DNA of 61,325 nucleotides, the filler included. It is 4 parts of 4 records of this genome, joined end to end, with 100 filler letters (N's around TTAATTAATTAA, not from the genome) between each part and the next. Parts side by side here need not be neighbours in the genome. Positions count along the whole stretch, not along the records: positions 28,122 to 43,366 come from SRR31156797_10945; 3 more parts are not named here. One strand, 5' to 3'. The translations under genes and the position numbers were made by a program. The notes beneath the pieces are model-generated. The model worked only from the letters and a program-made list of their open reading frames with translations, ran no database searches and was not told where the DNA came from. Within the stretch, counting starts at the first letter, position 1; each line of letters starts with the position of its first letter. Shown piece by piece: positions 28,122-41,100 of this stretch.

Positions 28122-31100
28122 GGAAGGGGTCGGATTAACTGTAATTGTGAAAGTCTCTGAACTGCCTGTACATGGCACTCCGCCATTGGTATAGGTTGGT
28201 GTAACTTCAATGGTTGCAATCACCGGTTCCGTACCATTATTTACAGCCGCAAAGGAAGAAATATCGCCAGTTCCCGAAGCAGCAAGCCCAATTGAAGTAT
28301 CATCATTGGTCCAACTAAAAACAGTACCTGAAACATCTCCGGTAAAATTGATTGCGTCAGTATCGTCACCATTACATAATTCCTGATCTGTAACTGCATC
28401 CACAGTTGGCGTAGGATTTACGGTTATATCAAAAGTAATGGCATCGCCTAAACATGTTAAGCCATCCTCAGTTCGTGGGGTAACTGTAAATGTAGATGTA
28501 ATTGGAGAATTTCCGTTATTGGTAGCACTAAAAGATGCGATGGATGAAACCCCTGTGCCTGAATTGGCAGGTGTACCAATATCAACTCCGTCTTTAGTCC
28601 AATCAAAAGTCACTCCGTCAGGTGTTCCGGTAAAATTAATCTGGGTTGTAGCATCACCATTACAATATACATAATCGTCAATTGCGTCAGCAGTAGGATA
28701 AGGATTAACTGTGATTTTAATTACATTACTGGTCTTTTCACATGGAACGCCATTAAGGGTAGAAATTGCTACTCTCCTGAACCAGGTATCCTGTGTCAGG
28801 TTTCCAGGTTGATAATATTCAGTGGAAGCCCCCACGGTAGAAAAACCCGTGGTTGCAGAAGTTGTACTACTTTCCCAACGATACGATGGTGTGCCGTCAA
28901 AAGTTGCTGAAGTTGCTGTTGTAAGTTCTTCCGGCTGGGTTCCATAGCATAAAGTTTCATTTGATTCAATCGTTCCGGCGGTCAGGTTATTCACAAATAC
29001 TGTAGCCATATCTGAAGTGGTCAGGTTACAGTCACTTCCGGTTGCGCTAACTTCAACACGGTATTCAGCATCGGCTGTTAATCCGGCTATGGTCATTTCA
29101 TAGGTGTTCTCGTCAGTGTAATCCACACCTGAAGGTGTTCCATCAGCCACATCCTCCCAAACCGGCGATCCGGTTGTTCCAGTGTTATATTGCCATTGAT
29201 AAAGCAAAGTGGGTGTGCCGCCATCAGCATCCACAGATACAGTTGTTGTACCCCCCTCACAAATGGTTGAATTTTGAGGCTGGGTGTTAATATTTGGGTC
29301 GGCTACCGCAGAAACTGTAGCAGTAGCTGAAATAATATCATCACAAGGATTAAATGTTCCCGGGGCATCAACAGTTATATAACATCTGAAATCATAATCA
29401 CCAACATTGGTAAAATTAGTTGCAGTTAAACTGTTTGTGTTTGCACCAGAATATTGCACATCAGCAGGTGAATTATTCGTTACATTTTCCCAACTGCTGC
29501 CATTATCATATTGCCACTGGTAACCAACAGTTGCTGATCCCTCTATCGTGGTTAGAGTAATAGTTGTTTCCCCTAATCCAACACAAATTTCATCATCATC
29601 AGGCTGATCTGTAATCCTGGGAATTTCCACCTCAACTGTATTTGAAGTAAAAGTATTACATCCATTACCAGCCTGGGTGATTTCAACATTATAAAATGTT
29701 GAAACAGAAAGTGCTTCAGTTGTGTAGGTGGATGTGGTATTTGTTGTAGGCCCCTGGGCGGACTCAAGTGTCCACGGTGCACCACCGGTTGTTGAACTGT
29801 ACCATGAATATGTATATTCACCAACTCCTCCGGAAACCTCAACTGACATGTCCCATGTTGTACCGGAACATATAGTCTGGCCAACCGGTTGAACATCGAT
29901 CACAGGGTCAGGAACAACTACAAGTTCCATACAGCTGGAAGTAAATGTATCACAATCCAACCCGGTTTGGGTTATGATAACCTGGTAATAATAGGTGTCA
30001 GGTGTGTCCATCGTACCGGTATTATAATTCGGGCTGTTGGTGCCTACATTGGTCCATGGACCTGAACAACCAATAGTTGAACGCTGCCACTGGTATGAGA
30101 ATGTACCTGTTCCATCCTGAACAGTTACAGAAAAATCGGCATTACCACCCTCACAAATGCTCTGATTGGAAGATTCGGTATCGATGGATGGGTCCTCAAC
30201 AACGGTTACAATAGCACATGCTGATGTTTCATCGTCACAAATACCTTCTGTATCCGAAACGATAACCCGGTAATAATAGGTACCTACTGCCAAGGGATCA
30301 GGCTGGTATGTTTCGCTGGTAGCTCCGTCTATATTGCTCCAGGTGCCATCACAATCCGTGTCGCTTTCCTGCCACTGGTAGCTATAGGTTCCCGATCCGC
30401 CAGTGGGTGTAACAGAAAGCTCGGGTTGTGCTTCTTCACATACGGTTACATCATCAGGGCCGATTAACGAAACCGGCTCTCTATTTAAAACGGTTACCAC
30501 ACTTTCGCTGGCAATACAATCTTCACCGTTCTGAATCGTCCATCTGAATTCATACTCGCCATGCACAATGTTTGTTATGGTTGTTGCTGGTGAGGAGTCA
30601 TCAGTAATGGTTGCTGTATTGGGTCCGCTGAGTTGTGACCATACTCCATCACCGACGGTTGCGCTATTTGCATCCATGGTAAATTGTGATTCATCACACA
30701 CCGTTTGATCTGATCCGGCGTCTGCAGCTGTAGGTTCTTCCCATACAAAAATGAACATGTTGTCTGATTTCTCGCAGAATTCTCCGCCCGTTTTATGGGT
30801 CCATTTCAATTCGTAGATTGCAGGCTCACCCGGCTCCAGGCCTGAAATTGTGGCATTATATAAGGTGTTATCATCAAATGTTGGATCTGCTGCACCTGCC
30901 GGTTTTGAAGCCACTGTCCACTCTCCGGTTACCGGTGCAACGGGTTCATTTCCTTCTAACTGAGTACTGGTGGTTGCTGTGTTGATGTTACATAATATCT
31001 GGTCAGCACCAGCCAATGCTTGAGTAGGAATTTCATTAACAGTTACGGTAACAACATCAGAACTTGGTGGGCAATTTCCATTTGTAATTGTCCATGTAAA

Positions 31101-34100
31101 CTCGTAAGTTCCTTCGAAGGCACCAATTACCGGTGTATGGGGATTGGTGGGATCCAGAATTACTACAGCATTGCCGTCAGTTTGTGACCAGGTTCCTGTA
31201 CCAATGGTTGGTGTATTGGCATCAAGTAAAAATGGTTCGTATAAACACAATTCGTTTGTGGTTGCTGAGGCATCTGCAACAGTTGGTTCCTGATAATTCA
31301 TAAAAGAAACCTGGTCTGAAGATGAACAAAAAGCCGTTTCGGTGGTCCACTCAAAAACATAAGTTTCACCTGCATCAAGCCCGTTTGCTGTTGCATCGTG
31401 TGTATTGGCATCCGGTGAAAAGGTAACTGAATGAGAAACCGGGCTTACAACGGTCCATGTTCCGCTACCAACCAATACCTCAGTAGCATTAAGCTGAACT
31501 GAAGCAACCTCACATTGGTCGTTAACAATGCCGGCGTCAGCCGGTGTTGGCAATTCAAAAACTGAAATGGTTACTTCGTCCTCGCTCGTGTCACAAACCG
31601 GTCCATTGGTGATTGTCCATTTAAAAACATAATCGGCCTGTGTGCCATTACTTTGAGGTCCCAATCCCTCAATGAGCGTATTATACAAGATGGGTGATAC
31701 TATGGTTGGGTCCGGTGCGTCTCCGGATTTAGATACAAGCGTCCAATAACCTGTTCCAATGGCAGGATCGTTTGCTGCCATCACAGTTTCTTCATCGCAC
31801 ACCAGGGTTTGATCTTCACCTGCATCTGCTGTTGACGGATCCTGGAAATTTTCAATACGTACCTGATCTGCATTGCTGCAGTCGCCGTTGGCTACTGTCC
31901 ACTGAAAAACATAAATACCATAAACATTTCCGGCCGGCGTGTATTCAGCCGTATTGCTGTTTTCATCATCAAAAGAGCCGCTTTCACCAGCAGGTCCTAA
32001 AAGTTTGCTCCAGGTTCCGCTTCCACCAACTGGCAGATCGGCATCCATAATAAAGGATGAAGCCTCACACAATGACTGATCTGCACCTGCAGAGGCCTCG
32101 CTTGGAGGATCAAGCAAAGTTACGGTCATTTCATCTTCGCTATTACAACCCCCTTCTAATGCAGAAATGGTATATTTAAATGTGTAAACTCCGGTAATAA
32201 GGCCGGAGGCTGTTGCTGTATTGGTGGATGTTTGGGTAATGGTTGCCACATTGGGTGTAGTACCAACCTGCGTCCAGGTTCCATCGCTGGCAGTCGTTCC
32301 GGTGAGGTTAACTGATGATATTGCTTCACAGTACTCCTGATCTTCCCCCGCATCAGCGGCAAGGTAAATATCTACTTCAACATCATCTGATGATGGCGGG
32401 CAGTACGTTCCACCGGTAACGGTCCAACGGAAGGTATATGTTCCGGTTATCAAACCGGTAATATTTGATGTAGGGCTGCCTGGTGATATGATGTTTGCAG
32501 TATTCGGCCCACTCACCTGGGTCCATGTGCCGGTACCTTCGGTAGGCGGGGTTGCCGTCATGGCCACGAAATTATCACCACAAACCTCCTTATCATCACC
32601 GGCGATAGCATTAGATGGGTTTTCAGTTGACACCAAAACTAACACTTCATCTTCTGATACACAGGAACCGTTGGTTATGGTCCATACCAGTCCATGATTT
32701 CCGTTTGCCAGTCCGGTAACTGTCGTCTGCGGATCAAAAGGGTCGGTTATCACTGCAGGGGATGTTCCCCCGATTGGGATTCCGCCTCCGAACGAAAAAC
32801 TCCACTCACCGGTTCCTACTGTCGGCGTATTGGCATCCAGTGTAACAGTTGCAGTTCCTGATGGCGCGCATTCAGCAATGTCATCACCTGCATCAGCCTC
32901 TGTTATCGGATCGTCGATGGTTATTACCACGGTATCCCGGCTGGGTAAGCACGCAATATCCGAAGTAATTACCCATTCATATTCATATGCACCAAAATCG
33001 ATGATATTATTAATACGCGTTTCCGGATCCGTATCGTCAACGATGGTAGGTGTATTGCTACCGGGTTGCGAAATCAAAACCCATTGTCCATCGGCAGGCG
33101 AAGGGTCATTCCCAGCCATTTTTACGCTTGTTGAGTCTTTTGGATAACAAATGTTGGGGCCGGCATCGGCCTGAACAGGTGAAATGGTAGCATTGACTGT
33201 AACCGTAATCTCATTGTATGCTGATCCGCAACCATTTGCAATTGTCCAGCGAAAGGTGTAAGGGCTGTCTGCTTCGGAAAAACCCGAGACTTTTGTAGTT
33301 GGGGAATTTACATTGGTAAACACGATGGATGGATCGGCTGGAACAACAGACCAGGTTCCTATTTCAAAAATGTATGTTTTTGGGTCGGCATCCATGTAAA
33401 GCGTACCCCCGTCACATATGGTTTTATCCGTACCTGCTGAAACAGCAGTTGGTGTAGCATTTGCTACAATTACATTCACATCGTCAAAGTTCGGATCGCA
33501 CAACGGTCCTCCTGAAATGGTCCAACGGAAAACATATGTTCCCGGCACCAAATCATAAATATATAAATTTTCATCGTAAATACTTCCGGTTGCAGAAAGA
33601 CCGCCTGGTGCACTTACCAGTGACCATGTGCCCGTGCCCTCAATAGCTGCATTTCCGGCTAAAGTGGTGAAAGTGACACCACAGTCAAGTATCTGATCCG
33701 TACCAGCATTTGAAAGGTCACCGGCAAATGAAGTGATTACATATACCTGATCGAATGCACTTGAACAGGAAACATCTTCGGGAGCCTGCCTGCGAAACTG
33801 AACCACATAGGTGCCTCTTCCGGTTAGTCCTGTTATGGTAACCGGTGATGAGCCGGTATTGGCCCAGCCTGTGGGAAAAGTAATATTGTTTGGCGGATCA
33901 TTGGGATCCACCGTTTCCGGACCGCTCAAAATCCGGTATTGTGTAGCACCTGTCCCTCCGCTTACCGTATATGGGATTTCAGCATAACTAACCCCACATT
34001 CCAAAAATACCTGATTTGGAGTAATGTTAATGGAAGGTGGATTTACATAACTTATTGTTACACTTGCTGACGAGGAGCAATTGGTTATATTGTTTTCGAT

Positions 34101-35294
34101 AGTATATAAAAACGTGTAGGTACTCGACCCATCAAGGCCGGTAACCTCGGTAATTGGATTATTTGGGTTTACGATCGTCGGAGCCGGACTTGTTGGGCCT
34201 CCCGTCTGCACCCACTCCACCTGTTCATTAATAAATTCAGGTATCGTTCCCTGCAAAAAGGTTGATGTTCTTCCATCACAAAATCGCTGTGTTCCTCCTC
34301 CGGAAATTCCTGCTCCGGATATATCGGCAGTTGGTGGCGGAACGGTAATGGTCACCTCATCATACCCGGAAACACATGGCCCCTGTACTGTCCATCTAAA
34401 AACGTATGTTCCTTCGATCAGGTTGGATAGGTTAGTATTTGCGTTATTGGGATTGGCAATTGTTGGAACATTAGGCCCGGAAATTACCGTCCAGGTTCCG
34501 AATTGTCCGCCCAAATTCGATCCGGCATATGAACCGTTCAAATTTGTACTTTGTGTTGTGGAATAACAATGTGAAACATTTTGATCAGTACCTGCATTCA
34601 CGGGCTGGCCTCCCAGATTGGTAATCGTTACCTGGTCTTCGGTTGAACATCCGGTAACAGGGTTCCACACTGTCCATGTTAGAGTAGTGCTCCCTGATGA
34701 TGACGCACTAATCGTGATATCTGAGTTGGGATCCTCATCATCAAGAATTGTAACACCATTGCTGCCCGATCCCTGCCAGAATCCTTCTTCAACACCTGTT
34801 GGTGAATTTGCTGAAAGGCTGTATGTACCCGGACAATAGGTTGCATCTTCACCTGCGTCAGCCACCGACAGGTCGAGAACTGTTTTGGTAACATCCTGAA
34901 AAACCAGCGAGCCGTCATCGCAAGTGGTGATTATCCTGAAGGTATAATTGTAGCCTCCAAGAATATTGGTTACCTGAGTTGATAGCTGGTCAGGATTTTC
35001 AATCGTTGCCGTTGGCCCACCAACCTGGGTCCAGAGAATTTCTGCTCCTCCATCCGGAAATGCACCTGTAGCATTTCCATAAAGCCACATTTCTTCATTC
35101 TCACATATGGTGGCATCAACCCCGGAGTTTACCGAGCAGTTTTGTCCGAAAGCACTGTATGACACAAAAATGAGCATGAGTAATAAATTCCCGGATATCA
35201 GGAATCGCATTACGGATGAGGAAATAAATTGTGTTTTCCCAATTGCAGCAATTTCACTGTCGCATGTAACGATAGTGCGTAACAATTTTTTCAT
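28122..35294 (-). CDS. Giant Ig/PKD-like repeat surface protein or adhesin (3' truncated)
   Basis: Signal peptide ending SAFG|Q; many ~95-aa repeats A.AG.DQ..C...G.W...Y.F.WT...C..D.V.I; runs off the contig. Confidence 0.85.
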
Positions 35295-35601
35295 ATGATC
35301 AAAATTTATATTTCAATACCAATTTGCTGGATAATGATGAAAATCAAAGCTGGGGAGATAATGCTTTGTGGGTGTTGCTTTTCTTTGGTTTTATTTTTGC
35401 CCTGGATTTTCGATGCTATCCTTATTCATTTGTTTGCCTACAAATCTAATCGAAAGAAATCTAATATGTTAATTTTTTGTTAATCTTTTTTCCGATTTGA
35501 TTAATAATCAGCTATTTTAGATTTAGTCTTAATTAGTAAATATGTACTTTTTTGTCAATTAAGGGTTCTGATAAATTGGTTTTTTCAATTTAGTTAATAT
35601 G

Positions 35602-35631
35602 ATAGCCAATATCAAATTTCCTATAGCCAAT
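35602..35631. repeat. 9-bp direct repeat ATAGCCAAT with 12-bp spacer (third copy at 35813-35821)
   Basis: Copies at 35602-35610 and 35623-35631. Confidence 0.6.
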
Positions 35632-36111
35632 CGGCAATAACAAAAATCAAACATTTTGTACCTGTGAGCGGTTAAATTTGAATTATTTGTTCTAAAACGT
35701 CACTTAAAAATGTGGGAATACAAAATACACGAAAATATATATCTAATTAATATTCAAAACTATACATATGTATTTCTTCAGGTTATTCAGAAGAAATCCG
35801 GCATATTAAATCATAGCCAATTTCAAAAAAACGTATCCTAAAAAATAATTCGTCCGAAAACTGTTAAAACCAAAAATTCCCAGATATGGAATTACGCTCT
35901 GGTATTTTTCTTTTATTGGAAAAGATTCGTCTAAGCTATTTAGAATTGATATATATAAAGTATTAATAATTAAAATGATGTTATTTAAATTAGGATAGGA
36001 GGGGTTGCGTTATCAAGAATTCGCCGGTTAGAATTTTATGATATCATTAACCAATCGGCCAATTTTGTGTTACCTCAATACAAGTGACGAAATAATTTAA
36101 AGTTAATCGTT

Positions 36112-36417
36112 TTGAAGAATTTGAATTTTGATAAGAATCCGTTTGAAAAAGATGGCCAATCCCCTGAAGTTGATTTTCCGGTAAACTATAATCTCAAAGT
36201 GATTTTTGACAGCCAGGATGAAGTTGATGTTCAGCAACGCAACCTGGAACTTGTGCTTGAAGACGCCGAAGTGAACCACCATTTCGTAAAGGCTAGACAA
36301 AGCCGTAAAGGCAATTTTGTCAGCCTAACCATGAACATCACAATTCAAAGCATGAAACAGATGCAATATCTGTATCAGCGTTTGAAATTGCTGCCGGGAA
36401 TCCGGTTTGCAGTTTAG
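36112..36417 (+). CDS. DUF493/YbeD-like protein
   Basis: VDFPVNYNLKVI, SRKGNFVSLT, LY..L..LPGI pattern; TTG start uncertain. Confidence 0.75.
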   Translation: MKNLNFDKNPFEKDGQSPEVDFPVNYNLKVIFDSQDEVDVQQRNLELVLEDAEVNHHFVKARQSRKGNFVSLTMNITIQSMKQMQYLYQRLKLLPGIRFAV

Positions 36418-36444
36418 TTATAGCTTTGTGTTAAAATTTGGTTT

Positions 36445-36831
36445 ATGGTAAAGCTAGCATATCTTGCACTTGGTGGCGCAACAGGAGCGATACTCAGATA
36501 CCTGATCTCAGGTTTACCCCATAAAATTTACGCTGGTGTTTTTCCCTGGGGAACACTCATTGTTAACCTTTTGGGATCATTTTTAATTGGTTTTTTTTGG
36601 GGGATCCTGGGGAAGGAAAATATCACCACCAATGTAAGGGCCTTCTTGTTTATCGGGCTGTTTGGCAGTTTCACCACATTTTCAACATTTGCTTTCGAAA
36701 GCCTGAACCTGATCAGGGATGGCAATTTGAAATATGCATTAATCAATATTTTTGCAAGTAATATCTTTGGGATTCTCCTGGTGTTTGCCGGCTTTATGCT
36801 ATCGAAAATGGTATTAAACTTAAAATTCTGA
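36445..36831 (+). CDS. crcB: Fluoride channel Fluc/CrcB
   Basis: GGATGAILRY, FPWGTLIVN, GLFGSFTTFSTFAFE. Confidence 0.95.
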   Translation: MVKLAYLALGGATGAILRYLISGLPHKIYAGVFPWGTLIVNLLGSFLIGFFWGILGKENITTNVRAFLFIGLFGSFTTFSTFAFESLNLIRDGNLKYALINIFASNIFGILLVFAGFMLSKMVLNLKF

Positions 36832-36836
36832 CTGGT

Positions 36837-37181
36837 ATGAGCATCTACGAAAACGGCGTTAAACTGAGGATTTACATAGGCGAATCAGATACCTGGAAAG
36901 GTGAAAATCTCTATTCAGCTATTGTGATCAAAGCCAGGGAACTGAAACTTGCCGGGGCTTCAGTTTTTCGTGGGATCATGGGGTTTGGGGCTTCACACCA
37001 CATACACACCACAAAGGTTTTGCGCCTTTCAGAAGATTTACCGGTTTTGATCGAACTTGTTGACACCGAGGAAAACATCCTGAAAATTATGCCGTTTATC
37101 GAAGAAACAGTTACACAAGGTATGGTAACACAGGAAAAAATAAATGTAAAATTGTTCAGGACCGGGAACGGCGATGAATAG
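36837..37181 (+). CDS. DUF190 (PII-like) protein
   Basis: LRIYIGESD, LAGASVFRGIMGFG, LSEDLPVLIELVD. Confidence 0.92.
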   Translation: MSIYENGVKLRIYIGESDTWKGENLYSAIVIKARELKLAGASVFRGIMGFGASHHIHTTKVLRLSEDLPVLIELVDTEENILKIMPFIEETVTQGMVTQEKINVKLFRTGNGDE

Positions 37182-37268
37182 CAGGATGAAGTAAGTACCA
37201 GTTTTTAGCTGAATAATCGATTAACGAACTCATGAATAAATAACACAATAAAGTTTTTTTATTACCCG

Positions 37269-37838
37269 ATGCACGAAATTGAACCATTTTATTCCTGGCG
37301 GCATCTTTACATTGCTTCGGAAGACGAAAGGTCTCCATTTTACAAGCGCCAATACAGCGAATTTGAATTTTCGCATGTGGTTTACAATTATTATATCCAC
37401 CCGCAATGGGACGAGATCGGATCGTCAACGCTCTATCTTAAAATTCTTTTTACCGGTTACAACCAGGGTTTTGCCATAATCGAAATGATTGGCGAATGGA
37501 ACGACTGCCTGCATAACGATATCATGGTACTGAAGCGCAATGTGATTGAACCGCTGATGCAGGAAGGCATCAACAAGTTTATCCTGATTGGCGAAAGTGT
37601 CATGAATTTCCATTCCGGCGAAGACGATTACTACCAGGAATGGTTTGATGAAATTGAAGAGGGCTGGATTGTAGGGCTCAACTTCAGGGAACATGTGATC
37701 AACGAATTCACGGATGCCCGCATCGATTACTATATTGCATTTGGCGGGCATTTCGACACCCTGGAGTGGCGCATATTTTCCCCTAAACAACTTTACGAAC
37801 GCATCAATTCTCTCATCGTGAAACGACTTTCCATTTAG
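37269..37838 (+). CDS. Hypothetical protein, possible C-terminal STAS-like fold
   Basis: 189-aa aromatic-rich ORF, closely coupled to acylphosphatase. Confidence 0.7.
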   Translation: MHEIEPFYSWRHLYIASEDERSPFYKRQYSEFEFSHVVYNYYIHPQWDEIGSSTLYLKILFTGYNQGFAIIEMIGEWNDCLHNDIMVLKRNVIEPLMQEGINKFILIGESVMNFHSGEDDYYQEWFDEIEEGWIVGLNFREHVINEFTDARIDYYIAFGGHFDTLEWRIFSPKQLYERINSLIVKRLSI

Positions 37839-37839
37839 C

Positions 37840-38109
37840 ATGAAAAGATCTGTAATACTTCAAATTTCCGGCAGGGTTCAAAACGTTGGTTTCAGGTTCA
37901 GCACCCGTAAAAAAGCGGATGAATTCAACATTGTCGGATTTGTGAAAAACCAGCACGATGGCTCTGTGTATGTTGAAGCCACCGGAGCAGAAGAAGAATT
38001 GGATCAGTTCGTTTTATGGTGTCATAAAGGCCCTGCCTGGGCCCGGGTTGACGATGTAAAAATCCAGGATATGCCAACCCGGCAATTTTACGGTTTCTCC
38101 ATCAAATAA
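37840..38109 (+). CDS. acyP: Acylphosphatase
   Basis: GRVQNVGFR, GFVKNQHDGSV, GP..ARV. Confidence 0.93.
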   Translation: MKRSVILQISGRVQNVGFRFSTRKKADEFNIVGFVKNQHDGSVYVEATGAEEELDQFVLWCHKGPAWARVDDVKIQDMPTRQFYGFSIK

Positions 38110-38120
38110 TTCCATAAAGT

Positions 38121-41100
38121 TTATGGCTTTATATTGACCCTGACTCCTTTGGAATGCGAAACAAATTCAGGGGCATACATGCATTGGATTGTGGTGATGC
38201 CGTTTGAGAAATTCCCGGTTTGAGAAACGACCAGTGGATATTCGAACACCCATGTTCCGCAAGGCAGATAGTCGAAAAAGAAATCCGTTGACGCATCTTT
38301 GGTGGTTTCGTAATATCCCAAACCACCCTGGTATCGATAGCCCGACAAAACATTGGCAGGTTCAAATGCGGCAGCCCGCATATCGCACAGGTGCACAAAT
38401 TCCATATCCCGATCCACACGGATTTCGATACGGACCATGAGTTGATCACCGATTTCCAGTTCGTCCCCTTCCGAAACCGGTGCGATTTTCTGGCCCTCAT
38501 CGGTGTTACGTTTCACAAATAATTGTTTTTGCACTGAAAGGTCAGTTTCGTGTTGGGTGATTTTGTCGAGATCTTCAAAGTATTGCCAGTACATGGCTCC
38601 CCAGGCAATACCCTCACCGGGTTTTATTACCGTTACATTGGCCATTTCAGGAACTATTTCTGTTCCCTGCCAGGAAGTTTGAAAATATCCCGTTCCTGCT
38701 TCAACCTGCCCCATTTCCTCCCGGGTGACCGCTTCTCCGCCAACAGCAATTTCAACAGGCTCATTGTTTGCTAAAAGATTGTTTCCCTTAAGCAGCAAAG
38801 CATACACAGCATCAGCAGTAGCCCGGCTGGTTTCCCAGTCCTGGGTTTGCTTTTGTTTCAGCAGCCAGATTTTCATCTCCTCCACAGCAGCCTTGTCAGC
38901 AGCCACTTCATCAAAAACCTCAATCATCAAAGCCTGCGTTTCGATGGGTGCCTCATGCCAGAAATACCCTTGATCAGCCCGCCAAAACATCCCCATTTCT
39001 TCATCCTGAAGTGCCCGGTCGCGCAGTGATGCAATGATTAATTCCGGAACTTCCGGTTTTTTATCCCGATGTAAAACAAGGGCTATCATACCCTGCATAT
39101 AGCTGTTTTGGGATGTCCAGAATTCGGAAGCCTGGTATTTATATAAATTCACTGCTCTTTCAAAAGAAGGGTTAATCATAATATGACCGAAAAAACTCCG
39201 GGCATATAAATACTGAATATGGGTTGTGCTGAGGTGGTTCTCTTCGAGCTCCTCATCCGAAAAACGTTTTTCAAGTTTTTGAAAATCTTCAAAAATCGAT
39301 TGGTCAAGATACCTAACACCCAAATTCATCATCCGGTTGATGCGCTTATCGTTGATGGCATTTATCACGCCCATGTGGTGTAATTTTCCCATGCCCAGCA
39401 CGATCAATTGTGTAACATATCGGCTTTCGCGCATTTCATTCATCCATTTGAATCCACCGTTTGACGTTTGAAACTGCTCCAGCAACCTGATGGAATTATC
39501 CAGTTGGTTTTGCATATTGTTGAGGTCGAACAACAGGGCCAGCCGCTGCTTGCGTTCCTTTTCATTCTTTGCATTGAGCACCCAGGGTGTTTGCTCCAGA
39601 AGTACCTGCTTGAGATCCTGGTTTTTTTCCAGCTTAGAAAGAAATGATTCGGGCGTTTCTGTTTTCCAACTTTCAAATACCCGCTTGATTTCAGGGCTTT
39701 GATTGGTGATGTGGAAAGCTATGCTGTTGGCAAAAAATGCGTTGAACACCGATATGGCATTGTTGTATTTAGCTTCCGAAATAACAGGCAGTGCCTGCAC
39801 GGCATACCATACCGGGTTTGAAGCAAATTCGAGGGTGAGCATGAAGTTTTCCATGGTTTCACTTCCATCACTTGCAGCCAGTTTTTCAAAAGTAAATTCT
39901 TTGGTTTCGTTTCCACGAATGGGCATTGGCATCGCCTCAGTTACCATCATGCGGTTGGGCAAAACAGGAATTGATTTCTCTTCTCCATCTGAGAAATTTC
40001 GGGTTTTGGCTTTAATTCGATAGGTAACCACTCCCAGGTTTTCAGGGACAATTAGATTCCATGAAACCTCCACACTCCTGCCTGCATCAACCCTGAATCT
40101 TTTATCGGTAGTTTCCAACAGAATTTCAGAAGTAACGTCCTCCAATGTAACAGCATCAAAAAATTCAAGACCGGCCCGGCCATCCAGATTTTCATCGGAA
40201 AGGTTGGTGATCTTTGCTGAGAAATTCAAACTATCACCTTCACGGAAAAAGCGCGGGCTATTTGGAACAACCATAAGCTTTTTGGCCGCGGTAAATTCCT
40301 GTTTCAGCAATCCGGTCATCAAATCCCTGGAATGGCTCAAACCCATGAATTTCCAGCGGGTGAAAGATTCGGGTAGGGTGAATTCAAAGACTACATTTCC
40401 CGCTTCATTTGTCCTGAGCTCAGGATAGAAAAAAGCCGTTTCATTAAAATCGCGTCGAAGTTGAAATCCATCCGAATCCGTTGGCTTGTCAATTTCCTGA
40501 TCTGCTGGCGGAACAATCATTTCTTCCATCCCTGTCTGAAGGTCATCAACAGTCATTTCAGTTTCGCCGGTCATGGGTATCGCTCCATCCCTAATTGGTA
40601 CAATTTCCAAAATTTCTTCCTGTTGCGCTCCTCCTGCCTTATCCCGCATCACATAAGATCCCCAGTTGCTCAGCCCAAACCAGTTTAACTGGTAATATTG
40701 CTTATACAAATAGTTTCGCGGGATGCCCTGATCATAATTATAATATTTGGCATTTTCAGGAGTAAAATCACTCCCCACGTTCCAGCCATTTATCTGGTTA
40801 TATGATCTGTATAAATTAAAAACCCAATCATGTGGAATAAATGCATCCAGCGAAGCATCGTACATGGATGCCAGCATTTCTGCGGCCACCTTTTCACCGG
40901 CTTTATTTCTAATTGTAATAGTCCACTTTTCAATACCTCCGGGTTCCAGTTCCGAACGCATGGTCTCAAATGCCAAATCCAGCTTTTTATTGGTATAAGG
41001 CACTTCGATTACCTGTGACCCTGTATATACACGATTTGCTTTAATCAATTTATAATGAAAAGTAATATTGCCCCGATAATCCGCTGTGATTGGAAATTCG

